This document shows positions 14,108 through 28,769 of a DNA stretch of 64,000 bases, piece after piece. The notes below the pieces were generated by a model. It was not told the origin of the DNA, made no database searches, and worked only from the letters and a program-made list of their open reading frames with translations. Location of the stretch: NCBI RefSeq assembly GCF_009914755.1, contig NC_060926.1, one strand, 5' to 3'. The stretch is from the human T2T-CHM13v2.0 reference genome, Homo sapiens. The translations under genes were made by a program, and so were the position numbers. Each line of letters begins with the position of its first letter. The stretch's first letter is position 1.

Positions 14108-14573
14108 ACATTCATTTTTAAAGTATTAGCCAGTAGTTAGCAAAGAAGCCAGTTTGGGTACTGAGCTCCCTTGAAAAGACTTGTTAAGGTCATCAAAGAA
14201 CACAATTACTGCTCTTCACGGATTCTGTGAAACACCTTCAGAATTTAACTGTGTGTAATGGGTGCCAATGTTCTTCCTCAGGCCCCTCCCTCTTAAATTG
14301 GTCATATCATTTTCCTCACTGGTGTAATTTCTAAGCCATACTACATCTGTTTCCCTGTAATGTCTCCCACATATAAGAACTTTAATGGTAGGGAGTATTT
14401 ATCTATGTTTCTCTAATGCCTAGAACTAATACCTAGACAGAAATTAAAGTGGCTTGATGAAATTTTACAAATCAGTGGTAAAGATATGATTAACATTAAA
14501 AGTGTTTTAACTCTTTCCAATCTTGCATATGATTAAGCAAAGCCAGAAACATATTCAATTACTAATGCCTTAC

Positions 14574-14778
14574 CTGTGTCTTACATCATATATCTCATTC
14601 CGAAACTCAGAAACTATTATCGGTGGCCGTGAGGTCCCTGGTAAATAAAACCTTTTCATGAGTGCCTGAAGGACCCTTTCATCAGCATGATTATGGCAAC
14701 AATAGGCCTGCAGAAGCCCTTTTAAGCAAGATTCAATAGCCAAAGCAAGTTCTGGGTCCCGAAGATGAATGCAAGCTC
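14574..14778 (-). CDS. SMC6: SMC6 coding exon 14 (aa 509-577), hinge
   Basis: tag|GA GCT...CAC AG|gtaagg; 205 nt; [67 protein letters not shown]. Confidence 0.95.
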
Positions 14779-15798
14779 CTAAAAGTGAGAGAAAATTACA
14801 GAAGGGCTCATAAATACTTATTTTGAAATATTAACATCCTCCTCTTTAATTATAGCATATAAATGACTTATATTTTTATATAAAGCAGTTTAAATGACTT
14901 TACAGATCATTTAATCATAGTTTATAAATGATTTAACATACTTTTATATAAAGCAGTTTAAATAATATTTTAACTGAATGGGAAATCCCCTATACCCATA
15001 GGATACAATGGAGAGAAAATCCACCAAATCCTGTGAAAAAAATTGTCCCACTCTAATGTAAATCAACGGTGGCTTTTCTATGTTCAGTTTATACTATTCT
15101 AGCCTTCCAATGGGGTTCTGAAAATCAAACGATTTTCAAAGTCCTTAATGGGATGCGAAAAAAAAAAGCCTCATCCTTTGAAATGGATCCTGGTATAAAG
15201 GTATGTATCATTTAAAAGAGATATTACTACAATACTTAAATGCAATACTTTACTAACAAAATATATTTATAAGCATTTTCACCTAATGATTTTCAGAATT
15301 AAAGATAACCCCCCAAGAACACGTGACTAAAAAAAATTTTTTAAGTACCATGTATATGTAAGAGTGAAGTAACCACAGATTTTACAGTTGGAAGAGAACT
15401 TAGAAATCATGCTGCCCAACCAAAATAGAAACTAAGAAAGAAAAGTCATTTTAAAAAGATTACCAAAATTCAGTTAACTGCTCCTTCAACTATATCTTGA
15501 TGTTACTGGTTTTTTCTGAATAATCAATTATATTACATTAGTTCATTTACTTATTCATTCATTTATTCAGAAAAACAAGAATCAAATCATTCAACTCTAT
15601 GATTACTTTTCCTTTTCCAAAGTTCTCTTTCTTTCGGATATTTTATGCTTTAAAAATATAAAACGAAAGCTACAAAGCTTTATATAATTTCATTATTTTA
15701 AATGAAATCATTTTATTTCGAAAACTTCATTCAATCGTTCTGAAAATAAAAACTTATTTCTAAAGTTTATTATAACCTCGCTAAATTAAGACAAATAC

Positions 15799-15977
15799 CT
15801 AAAGGGCCTACAGGTTTATAGGTAAAATGTCCTTGTCTATAAGCATCATCTATGGCTTCAAGAAGAGCTGGAACATTAGGGCCAAATCTTTTGAGTCGAT
15901 CAGTTTTACTATCTTTCAATTCTTTCAGTTGCCCCTGATTGTAGCTCAGTGCATGCTTCACATCTAATTCTTCTCTC
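15799..15977 (-). CDS. SMC6: SMC6 coding exon 13 (aa 449-509), coil-to-hinge
   Basis: tag|G AGA...TTA G|gtattt; 179 nt; [59 protein letters not shown]. Confidence 0.95.
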
Positions 15978-16453
15978 CTAAAAAACAAAAGCAGAAAAAC
16001 AGAACATATATGTGATAGTTTTACAGAAACATTTAACCTTTGCCCATAACACCTACATCCCAGTGAACGACCCAGCTAGCTACCCTAAAAACCAAAAGCA
16101 GAATTATTTATTTGAAAATAATTGTGTTACCAGAGAAAAACAGTCTGGAGTCCTCAAAACTTGGCATAAAAAAAGTAATGCAACAATGATGGGCTAGGAA
16201 TCCCAGAAATTGTTCAACTCTACAACTATAAGAAAAGTCTTGAAAAGTGATTTTAAAAGATCCAGCTGGCTGTAGGTGCACTGCCAATGAGTTAGCCCTG
16301 CTCTGCAAAGTATTTAACATAAAAATAAAATCTTTTTAAAAAGATCCCTTATTATGTAGAAGAAACAACCATATTTGCTCTCTTCATACAAGAACAAAAC
16401 TATATGATGTAAAAGTAATTGAAAAAAATCATTCTAAGGATGTTGCAACTTAC

Positions 16454-16618
16454 TTAATTTTGCCATGTTCTTCTTTGTCCTTTTCTATGGCTTGCTGAAA
16501 CTGTTCGATCTCTTGATTGACTGAATTTTCTTGATTTTGAAAGGCCTTTACTCTCTCTTTTAACCAAGATATTTTTTTTTGTCTTTCCAACCGTTCAGGT
16601 TCCAAAGATTGGTCAGTA
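16454..16618 (-). CDS. SMC6: SMC6 coding exon 12 (aa 394-449)
   Basis: tag|T ACT...ATT AA|gtaagt; 165 nt; [54 protein letters not shown]. Confidence 0.95.
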
Positions 16619-16800
16619 CTAACAGTAAATAACCCAAAGTGAAAAATGTTAGTTCAATGAACAGCCTAACATTTAAAGAACACAAACCGATGTAATAAAA
16701 TTCCATTAACAACAATACATAAAATATAATACTCCAATGCATCTACCTTACTTTATTACAAAATGGGATAGTCATGAAAATTTCAAAGTAACTACCCTAC

Positions 16801-16889
16801 CTTTTTTTCAGCTCTTCAATTCGTTTACAAAGCTGCTCATCATCTTTCTTTAATGCTTTATATTCGTTTAAGGATCGGTTATATAAAAC
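16801..16889 (-). CDS. SMC6: SMC6 coding exon 11 (aa 365-394)
   Basis: tag|GTT...AAA AG|gtaggg; 89 nt; [29 protein letters not shown]. Confidence 0.95.
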
Positions 16890-17102
16890 CTAACCAAAAA
16901 AATTAGACACACTTTACAAAAATGAAAACACAAATATCCCATTCACGTCCACTTTTGTCAAATCTTCAGAGGCTGAATATATACAGGAATATATTTTTTA
17001 AATGAAGCACAAAATGGCCATTTGAAACCATTACATTTTTTAAAATCTCAAAGCATCACTAATTTCAACTCAGGTACAAAATCTCTACTTTAAAAAATAG
17101 AA

Positions 17103-17720
<618 letters not shown>

Positions 17721-17789
17721 AGGATAGAAGAACAGCCTTTATATTTGCTGTGTGGCTTTTAAAATTCCAGTTTAGAAAATTTATCTCAC

Positions 17790-17936
17790 CTCAGCTTCAT
17801 TATAGGCCCTTTTCTTAGCAACAACATCTGCTTTCAATGCCATACATTCTGGTGCTCGTGCATTTGTCTCTTCACTAATCTTTTCTAGTTTGTCTTGAAT
17901 ATCCTTGTACTTTTGTTCTGCCTCATTAAGTCTGAC
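17790..17936 (-). CDS. SMC6: SMC6 coding exon 10 (aa 316-364)
   Basis: aag|GTC...GAG|gtgaga; 147 nt; [49 protein letters not shown]. Confidence 0.95.
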
Positions 17937-18781
17937 CTTTAAGAAAATAACATTATTGAAGTATATTTTTTCTTCAATAGAGAGAATTTTAAAAAATAAT
18001 TATCTATAGTTCATATACCAATAATAAATGTAACTTCACTCAAGACATCAGGCAAATAAACATAACATAACATTATATAAAATACTATAATATAATTTGA
18101 TCTTAACCCACAGTTAGTTATCCAACAAATGTGTTATCCTCTTGGGATACAAAGACATGATAACAAATGTCCTCAGATAACACAAAAGAGAGAGATATAA
18201 TTTAGCAGAAAAACAGAACACAAACTGATGATACATTCTGTATACAATAATACTAAAGTAGGGTACATTTATTTTTAATTGTGGTAGCACAGAGAAACAA
18301 ACCAGAGGTTGGCCAGAAAAAGTCAGGAATGCCTTCAAAGAGCAAGTAGTATTTTGAGCTGAGATTTTAAAAATTAATCTAAGTGTACCAGGAAATAAGT
18401 TGAGGAAGGTGTTAGAGGCAGATGAAAGAGCATGTACAAAGGTATTAATACTTTAGAAATTAAATATTGCTAGAGCTTAAATTGAAAGGATAATGGCAGG
18501 AGACGAGATGAAGGGGTAGAAGGGCCTCGCATTCTACAATGAACAGCTTACAACTTAATCTTCTTGACAACAGGAAGACGACCTAAGTCTGTCTCTTATC
18601 TCCTAAGTCTGCATGTTAGATTACTCTGGAAGCACTTGGAACACAGGGTAGACAGAAAAATCAAAGGAAAAGATTTCAGTAAGAAGTTAATATATTATGG
18701 AACAAAGACAATTAGGGACCAAACTGGGATGCTGGCAATAGGGACTGATTAGAAGGAACAAATATGAGAACTATTTCGATC

Positions 18782-18930
18782 GGGGTCAGCAAACCTTTCT
18801 ACAAGGAGCTAGATAGTGCACACTTCAGGCTTTGTGGGCCACATGGTCTCTCCTAAAACAATTCAACTCTGCCATTAAAACATGAAAGCACCCAAGGACA
18901 ATGAGTAGAGGAATTGTTTTTTTAATAAAA
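18782..18930. mobile_element. MER58-like hAT fragment
   Basis: GGGGTCAGCAAAC...GGCTTTGTGGGCCACATGGTCTCT...CAACTCTGCC. Confidence 0.6.
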
Positions 18931-20652
18931 ATGAAAGCTGGATCCAGGTTTTATATAAACTAAACATAATTCATATTATTTTTCAGTTTTAAATTAACAA
19001 AAGTTTAAAGTCTGCTTTAGACACTGTTTCTTCAGAAACCTTCCATTTAACAGTCATTCTACAAGCAATAATCAAGCACACACAATGTGAAAGGCTTTAT
19101 GTAAGACAAGGTGGTAAGGATATAAAGATAAAATAAGATAGTCTTTACCCTCCAGAAATTTGCCAATTACAACATAGAGTATGCAAATGCTTAAACGGAG
19201 AAAAAGGCCTACAAAAGTAAACATAACCTAGCCTTATGATCCTCCTTTCCCATTTAAAAAAGAGGTGAGCATCTATTACGCAGACTGGATTCCATTTTAG
19301 ACTGGGAAATGCTTGAGGAGGAAAGTATTTAAGGCCTTACCTGATGATAAGCTGAGAATTGAGGGTGAGAAGAGAAAAATACTTGGTGAAAATTTCAGAA
19401 TATTCTTTCAGAAATGAAAATTTAAGGTGAGAGGTGGAAAGGGTTGAAATTCCACTTACTGCCTGAAGAGGGAGTAAGAAACTTAGCCCAGAAATCGCTA
19501 AGTGTCCTATCTTTACCTATTTTTACATACTCATATATTACCTCTGATGAATTAATGTCATAACCCTTAAAAGAAAAAAAAGATCAATCTGCTTATCTTG
19601 GAGGCAGACAGGAAAAAGCAAGCTAGGAAAGATTACATTCTATACCACAGCCAAGCTTGGGGGCCAGAAAGAAATTTCCTAAGCAAAGTAGAGAAAATGC
19701 TAAGAGGTAAGTAAGCTACACTGGCACATTGAGTACATTTGCGGGGGAAGGGGAGTAAAGAAGGAAAAAACTAGGAGTTCTACTTCTGGCATTACAGCAT
19801 GAGGAGCCCCACAGTTCTGGCTGCTCAACCTTGTGAGTATACTAAAACCCAGTGAATTATACACTTTAAATGGGTGAATTATGTGGTATATGAATGATAT
19901 CTCAATAAAGCTGTTCAAAACAGAAAGAGTGAGTATAAAGAGTGGATCTGCTGAATGTTAAAGGGTCCACATGGAAAGCCTCAACAGAGAATGACTGCCT
20001 TTACTCAACACTCAACTTCTGTAACCTCTAGGCCCGTGTGGAAGACTTTTATGACTTTCTTGAATTTTAGATAGGGTAGTTTCTACCTGCACTCTTAGAT
20101 GTCAGGCTGAAATTAACCTTAACAGACCTAACAATGAATCCTACTTGCCTTCCATCTATATGAAATCCTCTGACATGCCATCTTGGTTCTGGACCATAAA
20201 TCTCAGTTCCCTTAGCAATCTCTGGGCATTGTTTTCAGTTCTGAGTTCTCATACTTTCTGATACTTACCTTTAATGTGGTTCTAATTTATATTATTCTAG
20301 CACCCCTTTATTTCTCAGGTCTTTTTGTGTTTCAACTCCTTAATGAACCAAAGAGTAAAAGCTTCATGCTCTTCTTCTATGTCTTGTCAGTAACAAAGTT
20401 CCACTGACAATATGCATGAGTTCTAGAGCCCTAGCCTCTGACAGGTTTATCAAGGATAGAGTACTCTTTTCAAAAGAGAGTCACCACAACAGGCCTTGAA
20501 AACAAGCTTAGGTCTATTTCACCTAAGCAATCAATTCAAATATAGACAAATATACTGTCTGAAACTGATGGTTTGGTGGGTCATAAATAGTCTAATATCT
20601 GTAATTTCATATGATTCAACCTATTAAATCTGCATTTAAAAACTGTAATTAC

Positions 20653-20751
20653 CTGCTGTTCTTCCATTTTCCTGTCAAGTCTAGCAGCACGATCTTCTCC
20701 AATTTTGATATTATCTCTGATGGCATTCAATTGTTTTTCAATTTCATTGAC
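20653..20751 (-). CDS. SMC6: SMC6 coding exon 9 (aa 283-315)
   Basis: tag|GTC...CAG|gtaatt; 99 nt; [33 protein letters not shown]. Confidence 0.95.
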
Positions 20752-20854
20752 CTAAGAAAGAAATTATATAGCAAATTGATCAGATTAACAATAATAACCA
20801 AATACATTCTGCATATCACATAGATACGTGAACAAGTAATTAAGTGATAATTAC

Positions 20855-20974
20855 CACTGCCCAAGCCATTTCATGTTTCAAGGACTCTAAATTAGTCTTC
20901 ATTGTACTTAAACCAGCAATACTTTGAAAACGTTCCTCTTTCTCTACACACTGGCGCTTTAGTTCAGTAAGCCG
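20855..20974 (-). CDS. SMC6: SMC6 coding exon 8 (aa 243-282)
   Basis: aag|CGG...GTG|gtaatt; 120 nt; [40 protein letters not shown]; followed by a 103-nt intron. Confidence 0.95.
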
Positions 20975-21406
20975 CTTAAAAAAAGAAAACAGAACGGACG
21001 TATTTTTTATTAATGTTGAAAAAACACATTTTTGCAAATCTATTTCTTTTAAAAACAATGCCTAAACAAGTACTACATAAATATTCGTTTAAAAATAACT
21101 TCTATTTTTTAAAATTATTCTTGATTCTTTGGTATACTTTTAGTAAGTCCAATAATTTTGTGAATTTCTGCACTATAAAAATGGCCAAATACTCTTCAGA
21201 TGAAGAGCAAAGGAATTAAAGGTTCAAGACTACACAAATATAGAGAAATCCCAAAACTCACTTTCCCATTTTCCCTCTTTATTCCCTATCTGATAGACAT
21301 GATGGTCTGTTCCTCAAAGCAGAGTCAATAGGCATTCCAAAGAGAATGTAAGGATGAGAAGAAATTTATTTCTGAAAATCAAACAAGTTATAATTTTCTT
21401 AACTAA

Positions 21407-21646
<240 letters not shown>

Positions 21647-21849
21647 TAAAAATATCAAATACTGTGATATTCAAACAATTTCTGTAGCTTATGGACTTCA
21701 TATTCTGTCCACCTGGGTAGACAGCCTCTACCCTTCATCCATGCTTACCAAATTCAACTTGGGCCTGAACACTGTAGACCTTACTTTGTTTCCCTATCTA
21801 ATGCACTTTCCCATTTTCAAAATTCTTTCAATCTATTATCATTCTCTTC

Positions 21850-23545
21850 AAACCTCATACACCTCATACACCCTGCCACCATATTCCCTCATTCATTCCC
21901 TCTCTCCAGCTTAGACAATTAGAAGCCATCAGACAGAAACTCCCTCAACAATCTACAAATCTAAAGCAGCCATCCCTTCCTTTTGCAACAAGAGAGGTGG
22001 CCTCATATTTAAGACCCATACCATCCTCTACCTATATCTTGGATTCTACCCCTTTTCTATCTTCTCAGAGGTCTAAATCCACTGATTTTCCATCACATCT
22101 TTTCATCTTTGTTTCCACTTTACCCTCTTCATGACTCATGTTCATCCCTACTTGCTCATCTTTCCAACTTAACAAACAAAACCACCAATACCCATCCCTT
22201 GGCACCACCTCCTCCTCTAAAATTCTTCTTCCCTTTCTATCCAGGTTTCATGAAAATTGTCTCTATCTCCTCCATCTCCTCACATTTTCCAGTTCCACAT
22301 ATCTGGCTGTTTTCACTGCTACTGAAACCCACCTTGCCATAGTCATCTATGAAGATTATGTCATTAAATACAGTGAGTTTTGTCAATTCATGTAGTGTCG
22401 GACCACATGGTATATCTCACAGTCATGACTGGTTCCTTCTCAAAATCTCTCTGCCCTTGGCTTCTCATGGCTTCTATGAGAATTTCTCACGGTTCAGGCC
22501 TGGGCCCACTTTTCCCCTATCTCAGCAATCTAAATTATTATTTTGGCTTATATACTAATAGCACACTGACAACTCCCAAATTTTTATTGAGACCAGACTT
22601 ACTTCTGTATTCTTAATTTACATATCCAACTTCCCACTTCACATTTCCACTTGGATGCTTTTATTATAAGCACCTCAAAATTAATGTGTTCAAAATATAA
22701 TTCAGCTTTCTTAAAAAAAAAAAAAAGAAAAGAAAAGAAAAAAAAAGAAAAACTGGCTTTTCTTCCCAAACTTCCTATCTCACTAAACTTACTGTACTAC
22801 TAAAGTAATTAATCTGGAGGTCATTCAGTCACCTTTGATGCCTCTGTCTTAACTTTACTTCTCCATGTCCACTACAACATCTGCCTAGATCATTTCAAAG
22901 TTCTCTCTCTTACTACTACCAATATCCTTAACTTAAGCCATCATCATCTCTTTGGACAATGATAATGCCTTCTTAATCAATCTTTCCACATCTCTTCTCT
23001 CCTTATAGCAGTTCATTCTCTTGTACAGCAGAGTAATCTACCGAAAATACACAATTAATGAAGTCATCCATTTTCATGTCTTCTACTGCCCCCTAAATTT
23101 TATAAGGTCCTCCACAACCTGGCCTCTCATCTCTCACACCTGTGTTTTACACTCTAGCCAATCTGGAATTCTTCCAGTTTTTTAAAAGCACACATGCTTT
23201 CTTGCCCCTGAGGCTTTAACCATGCTATCTCTTAGAACATCCTTCCTTGCTTTCACCATCCTTTGCCTGGTATCCTTCAGTTTTCTTCTTAGGCATCACT
23301 TCCTTAATAACTCCCCCATCATGACTGTCCCTGACACTGCCAGTACCCTATTAAGTGCTGTTGTCTAGTCTACATCTCTTTTAGTAGTCCTCACGATACT
23401 CAAATTATTTACCATCTATGTTTTCTGCTGAATAATTAGGTCTATGATCCCAAGAATCCTATTTATCTGTCACTATATGACCATGGCCAAAGCACAATGC
23501 TACAAGGCACATGATAAGAACTTAATATTGACTGAATGATTATTC
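21850..23545 (+). mobile_element. L2 fragments
   Basis: pyrimidine-rich L2-like body ending AATATTGACTGAATGA. Confidence 0.6.
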
Positions 23546-24969
23546 TAGTTTCTAGCCTTTACATGCTATTTCTTAAAGATTTAATTATTCAAACCCAGAG
23601 TTTATTTTGAGAATACAGGGTATTTCACCAATTAAGAGAAAAGTTCTTATTGAGTGCATATTATGCATCAGGAATTCTCCTACATAATTTAGGGAAGTGC
23701 TCCTTATACTTCATAATTACAATATCTTTAATTGTTACTGGTATACTTTGTATACCATGGAGAAAATAAGTGTTTAATCCCAAGTGTCTGAAACAAACAA
23801 ATTTATTTCAAGTCCTGATTAATTATATTAAAAATAATAAATGTAATATATAGTAGGTACAGTTTGTTTGAATATACAAATATTTCCCTTCCCCAATAAC
23901 AACACTGACATTCCAAGAAAGTGTGCTTTAGTATTTTTGTGGTTTATAGTAACTCCTTAAACACCACCACATAACCCAGGTTTGAAAGGATAATGTGGGA
24001 AATAAAAATAAATATACTCATCCTTGATTTTTGAGTTTTCATTTAATGAACCACCTAACTATAGACCTAACTTAAAATATGTATTCCTCAAAAATGTGAA
24101 GTAAAAAGGTCAGTATAACATAATGAATTTGACTTTAATCATTAGTATAATCCTGCCTCAAAAGGACAAGCTACAAAGTTGATGAAAACTCAATTGGTTA
24201 TATAAAACTAACAAATGAACAAGATATGGAATTACATAAAGTTGGTGGGACTTAATATGCTGGATAAACAGCTATAATGTAAGCCTTAAAATTTTGAGGT
24301 CTCTGATTATCACACAGAAAGTTGGATCTTCAGGAATCTGAAGAAAGTATAAGAACAAAATATAACAGATTTAAAAACAAATTGAAGTAAGTCATGGCTG
24401 GCATGAGTGATTTAAAGCGCAAGCAAATTTGCAAGCTGCCAAGCCTGGTGAGTAAGGATGTCATAGCTGCTACTAACCTACCAGTTGCTTAAGGAATGTT
24501 AACATTTTACTAGAGTTATAATTACTATGATTTGTAGATTACGGTATATAATTATAAATGCATACTATGTTTAAAAACAGCTTGAAGCTTGTGCTTATTA
24601 TCCCAGCAGAAGAAATATTGCAGTTTTTAAACTACTTATAGGTTTTAAACTACTTAAACTACCATACCTTATTGTGGAACCCATTAGTCATACTATCAGA
24701 GGATAAGTATGTAAGATACTGCCCTGTTCTCTATCTTATAATCTAATAGAGAAAGTAAGACATGTACACAGTCATTATTACAAAATAAAAAAGTAATAGC
24801 TAATTAATACCCGGAATATAAACACTACATTGCATATACTTCAGAGTGCTATAAAAATATTACTAGTTTTATATAAATATACAGACACATAGTTTTACAA
24901 TATCATTTACTGTAAGTACTATAAGAATTTGGCTGATCTCAAAAAGATTTACATTAACTGTTTACAAAC

Positions 24970-25071
24970 CTCTTCTCCTTGATGTATCTGCTCCTTTGTT
25001 CTTTCTTTCGTTTCCATAATGTATGAATAATCTTCCTTCATCTGTTCAAGTTGCGTTGCTTTCATGAAGAA
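24970..25071 (-). CDS. SMC6: SMC6 coding exon 7 (aa 209-242)
   Basis: tag|TTC...GAG|gtttgt; 102 nt; [34 protein letters not shown]. Confidence 0.95.
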
Positions 25072-25454
25072 CTATTATCAATAACAAAAAAAAACGCAAT
25101 TAGGAGTTTGTAAACTTCCATAGAACTGTTAAAAAGAAAAAGAAAAATTTAGTTTCTGAAAACTTTTAGATCAATGATGTAAAAAGACATTAAAAACGTA
25201 AGCAATCACACAAACACAAAAGAATACATCATATTTCAGATTCAAATTGACTGAACCTACTATGCTCACATCCACATGTTCATTTGCAAAAGCTCTTAAA
25301 ACCCCATGAAAGAAAACACTTCAGGGTGTGGTAATAAGCTCATTTTCACTAATTCCATTCTTTAAGCAAAAACAGCTGAAAAGACTGGCATCGTTGGTCT
25401 TAGTACATCTTAAATTTTTAGAGTAAGAAATACCAAAACTCACTCAAAAGGCTA

Positions 25455-25835
<381 letters not shown>

Positions 25836-26099
25836 TTATTATGTATGTAGGAGCAACTGTTACCCTGTATTTCCTTAAAGATTAAGAATTAAAAGCCAAA
25901 AAGTAAAAACAAAGATTTAAAAAAATTATACTCCCATCTTACTTAACAATTTCCTAATCTAGGAAATTGAATTACTTTAAATAGATGGCTTTAAGGAAAA
26001 AAAAAACTCAGCCTCCATTATGTGAGCAATAATATTGTTTACAATATGCCTAAAGGTATTCTTTTTAAATGGGTTTATATTTACTTTGGTGCCACTTAC

Positions 26100-26180
26100 T
26101 TTGTATTTGTCTCCTTCATTTTTAGACTGTAAGAACTGCTTGCTCATTTCTTGTGTTAAAACAGAAACTGGATTATCCAC
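26100..26180 (-). CDS. SMC6: SMC6 coding exon 6 (aa 182-208), Q-loop (LTQE)
   Basis: gag|GTG...AAA|gtaagt; 81 nt; [27 protein letters not shown]. Confidence 0.95.
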
Positions 26181-26825
26181 CTCAAACAAACAAAAAGTCA
26201 TTTTTGAATATTTTACTTTAATGCTTTAAAGATAGGTAAAAACTGAAACATACATTACAAGTGACCTATGGTGCCATCAGGAAGGCCAAGCAATAGCCAA
26301 AGGTTATAACGTTAGGATAAAAATACTAAAAAAAAGTTAGAAATGTATAATGCAGGAAAAATAATTTAAAATTTCATTATACCAACATATATGGTATAGT
26401 TAACATTCAATATTCTACCAGTACATGAGGGCACAAGCATAAGAACCCTGTGAAAAAGTGTTTTTATTATAAAGTTTTTCACTTCTTACCTGCTGTATAG
26501 AATATCACCCTCATGCCACTGGTTAATCATGGGACAGCAGAATGGGAAGAGTCCTAGCATGGTAAGGAGTCAGCCACCTCGGGTTCTTGTTTGAGCTCTG
26601 TTGCTAACTTCCTATGTAGCCTTGGATAAGTCAGTTACTCCAACTAAACACAGTCCAACTCAGTTATTTCTAATGAGAATCATGACAACAAGTATTGTCT
26701 ATTTTTCTTACAGAAGTTCTTCATATTATTCCTTCATGAGGATATTGTAAAACAAATGAAAATAATGAAGTCATTTCTATCTTTTGGAAACTAGTCATTG
26801 CTTGAATGAAACTACCTTTGCCTAA

Positions 26826-27300
26826 CGTGATGGTTATTACTGAGTGTAAACCTGATTGGATTGAAGGATGCAAAGTATTGATTCTGGGTGTGTTCCCGAG
26901 GGTATTGCCAAAGGAGACTAACATTTCAGTCAGTGGGCTGGGAAAGGCAGATCCATCCTTAATCTGGATGGGCACCATCTAATTGGCTGCCAGTGTGGTT
27001 GGAATATAAAGCAGGCGGAAAAAACGTGAAAAGACTAGACTGGCCTAGCCTCCCAACCTACATCTTTCTCCAAAACTGTATGCTTCCTGCTCTCAAACAT
27101 TAGACTCCAAGTTCTTCAAGTTTTGGGACTTGGACTGGCTCTCCTTGCTCCTCAGCTTACAGACAGCCTATTGTGGGACCTTGTGATCATGTGAGTTAAT
27201 ATTTAAAACTCCTCTTTATATATATATATATATACACACACACACATATATGTAAAATCTCCTATTAATTCTGTTCCTCTAGAGAACCCTGACTAATACA
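26826..27300 (+). mobile_element. ERVL solo LTR (MLT2A type)
   Basis: GTGATGGTTATTACTGAGTGT..TGATTGGATTGAAGGATGCAAAGTATTG...CTAGAGAACCCTGACTAATACA; 5-bp TSD CCTAA (26821-5, 27301-5); internal (TA)n(CA)n. Confidence 0.88.
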
Positions 27301-27860
27301 CCTAACAAGTTAAGATATCAAAGTACAATTGGAAAAGTATAGAAAAAATACAACTTTTTTCAAAAAGATTCAGGGTCATTACTCAATTACTAACAAATCA
27401 GTTTACATGTTAAAAATAATCTTCATAAGGTTATTGTATAAATGAAAAACACTTTAAACCCTTCATGTTCACTGTCTACAAAATAAATATTGTGTAATTT
27501 GTTGGTATACCAATGGTTAAAACATTTCTCTCAAGTACGATGTTGGGCCTCTCTTCAAGATAATAAAAAACATTTATGTAGTTATAAACAAAACTTTACA
27601 TGTGACATGTTTCTTATTATATAGACCAGACTCCATCTGCCATATATTTTTTCACAAAGCCCCCCCAGCTCTTCATTTCATACTGCATCTGACTTCTTAA
27701 TAGACCTAATGCAGTAGTAGCTCTAATAACAAACATCTTAACATCAACTTTCAATTAAAAGCTTCACCGAAGTTTATATTCATTTCTCTATACCTTTTTC
27801 ATTGTTTTTGAAATGGAGTTCCTACTTGTTATACTCCTCTTGGGATTATTTAAGAATCTT

Positions 27861-28265
27861 GGCCAGGCACAGTGGTTCATACCTATAATCTCAGCACTTT
27901 GGGAGGCTGAGGCAGGTGGACTGCTTGAGTCCAGGAGTTCAAGACCAGCCTAGGCAACATGGTGAAACCCCGTCTCTACAAAAAGTACAAAAATTAGCCG
28001 GGTGTAATGGTACCCGCCTGTAGTACCAGCTCTCAGGAGGCTGAGGTGGAGGATCACTTGAGCCTGAGAGGTGGAGGTTGCAGGGAGTCGTGATCATGCT
28101 GCTGCATTCCAGCCTGGGCGACAGAGTGAGACCCTGTCCCAAGGCTCATGCCAGCACTTTGGGAGGCCAAGGCCGAGGTGTGAGGATCACTTGAGGCCAG
28201 GAGTTCAAGACTAGCCTGGGCAACATGGCAAAACCCAGTCTCTAAAATCAAACCAAAAAAAAAAA
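27861..28265 (+). mobile_element. Alu dimer fused without tail to an extra left monomer
   Basis: dimer 27861-28141 followed at once by GGCTCATG-CCAGCACTTTGGGAGG...TCTCT and an A tail. Confidence 0.85.
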
Positions 28266-28390
28266 GAATGTTGTAGCTTTATCTGTCAGAATCCTAAGAA
28301 AAGCAAAAAGCAAAAACTGGTAAACTTCAGCAAGAGGATAAGAAACGGAGGCACAGAAGACAAATATGATCAGACACTTAAAGATATTAA

Positions 28391-28758
<368 letters not shown>

Positions 28759-28769
28759 ACACAAACAAT

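Noticed and set aside
14860-14963. Imperfect direct repeat TTTTATATAAAGCAGTT; similar small duplication at 24623-24660
   Set aside because: Ordinary slippage duplications in AT-rich intron
26490-26553. Consensus donor CAG|gtaaga at 26490 (minus strand) with a possible 64-nt cryptic exon
   Set aside because: Acceptor and pyrimidine tract are mediocre; isolated donors are common in introns
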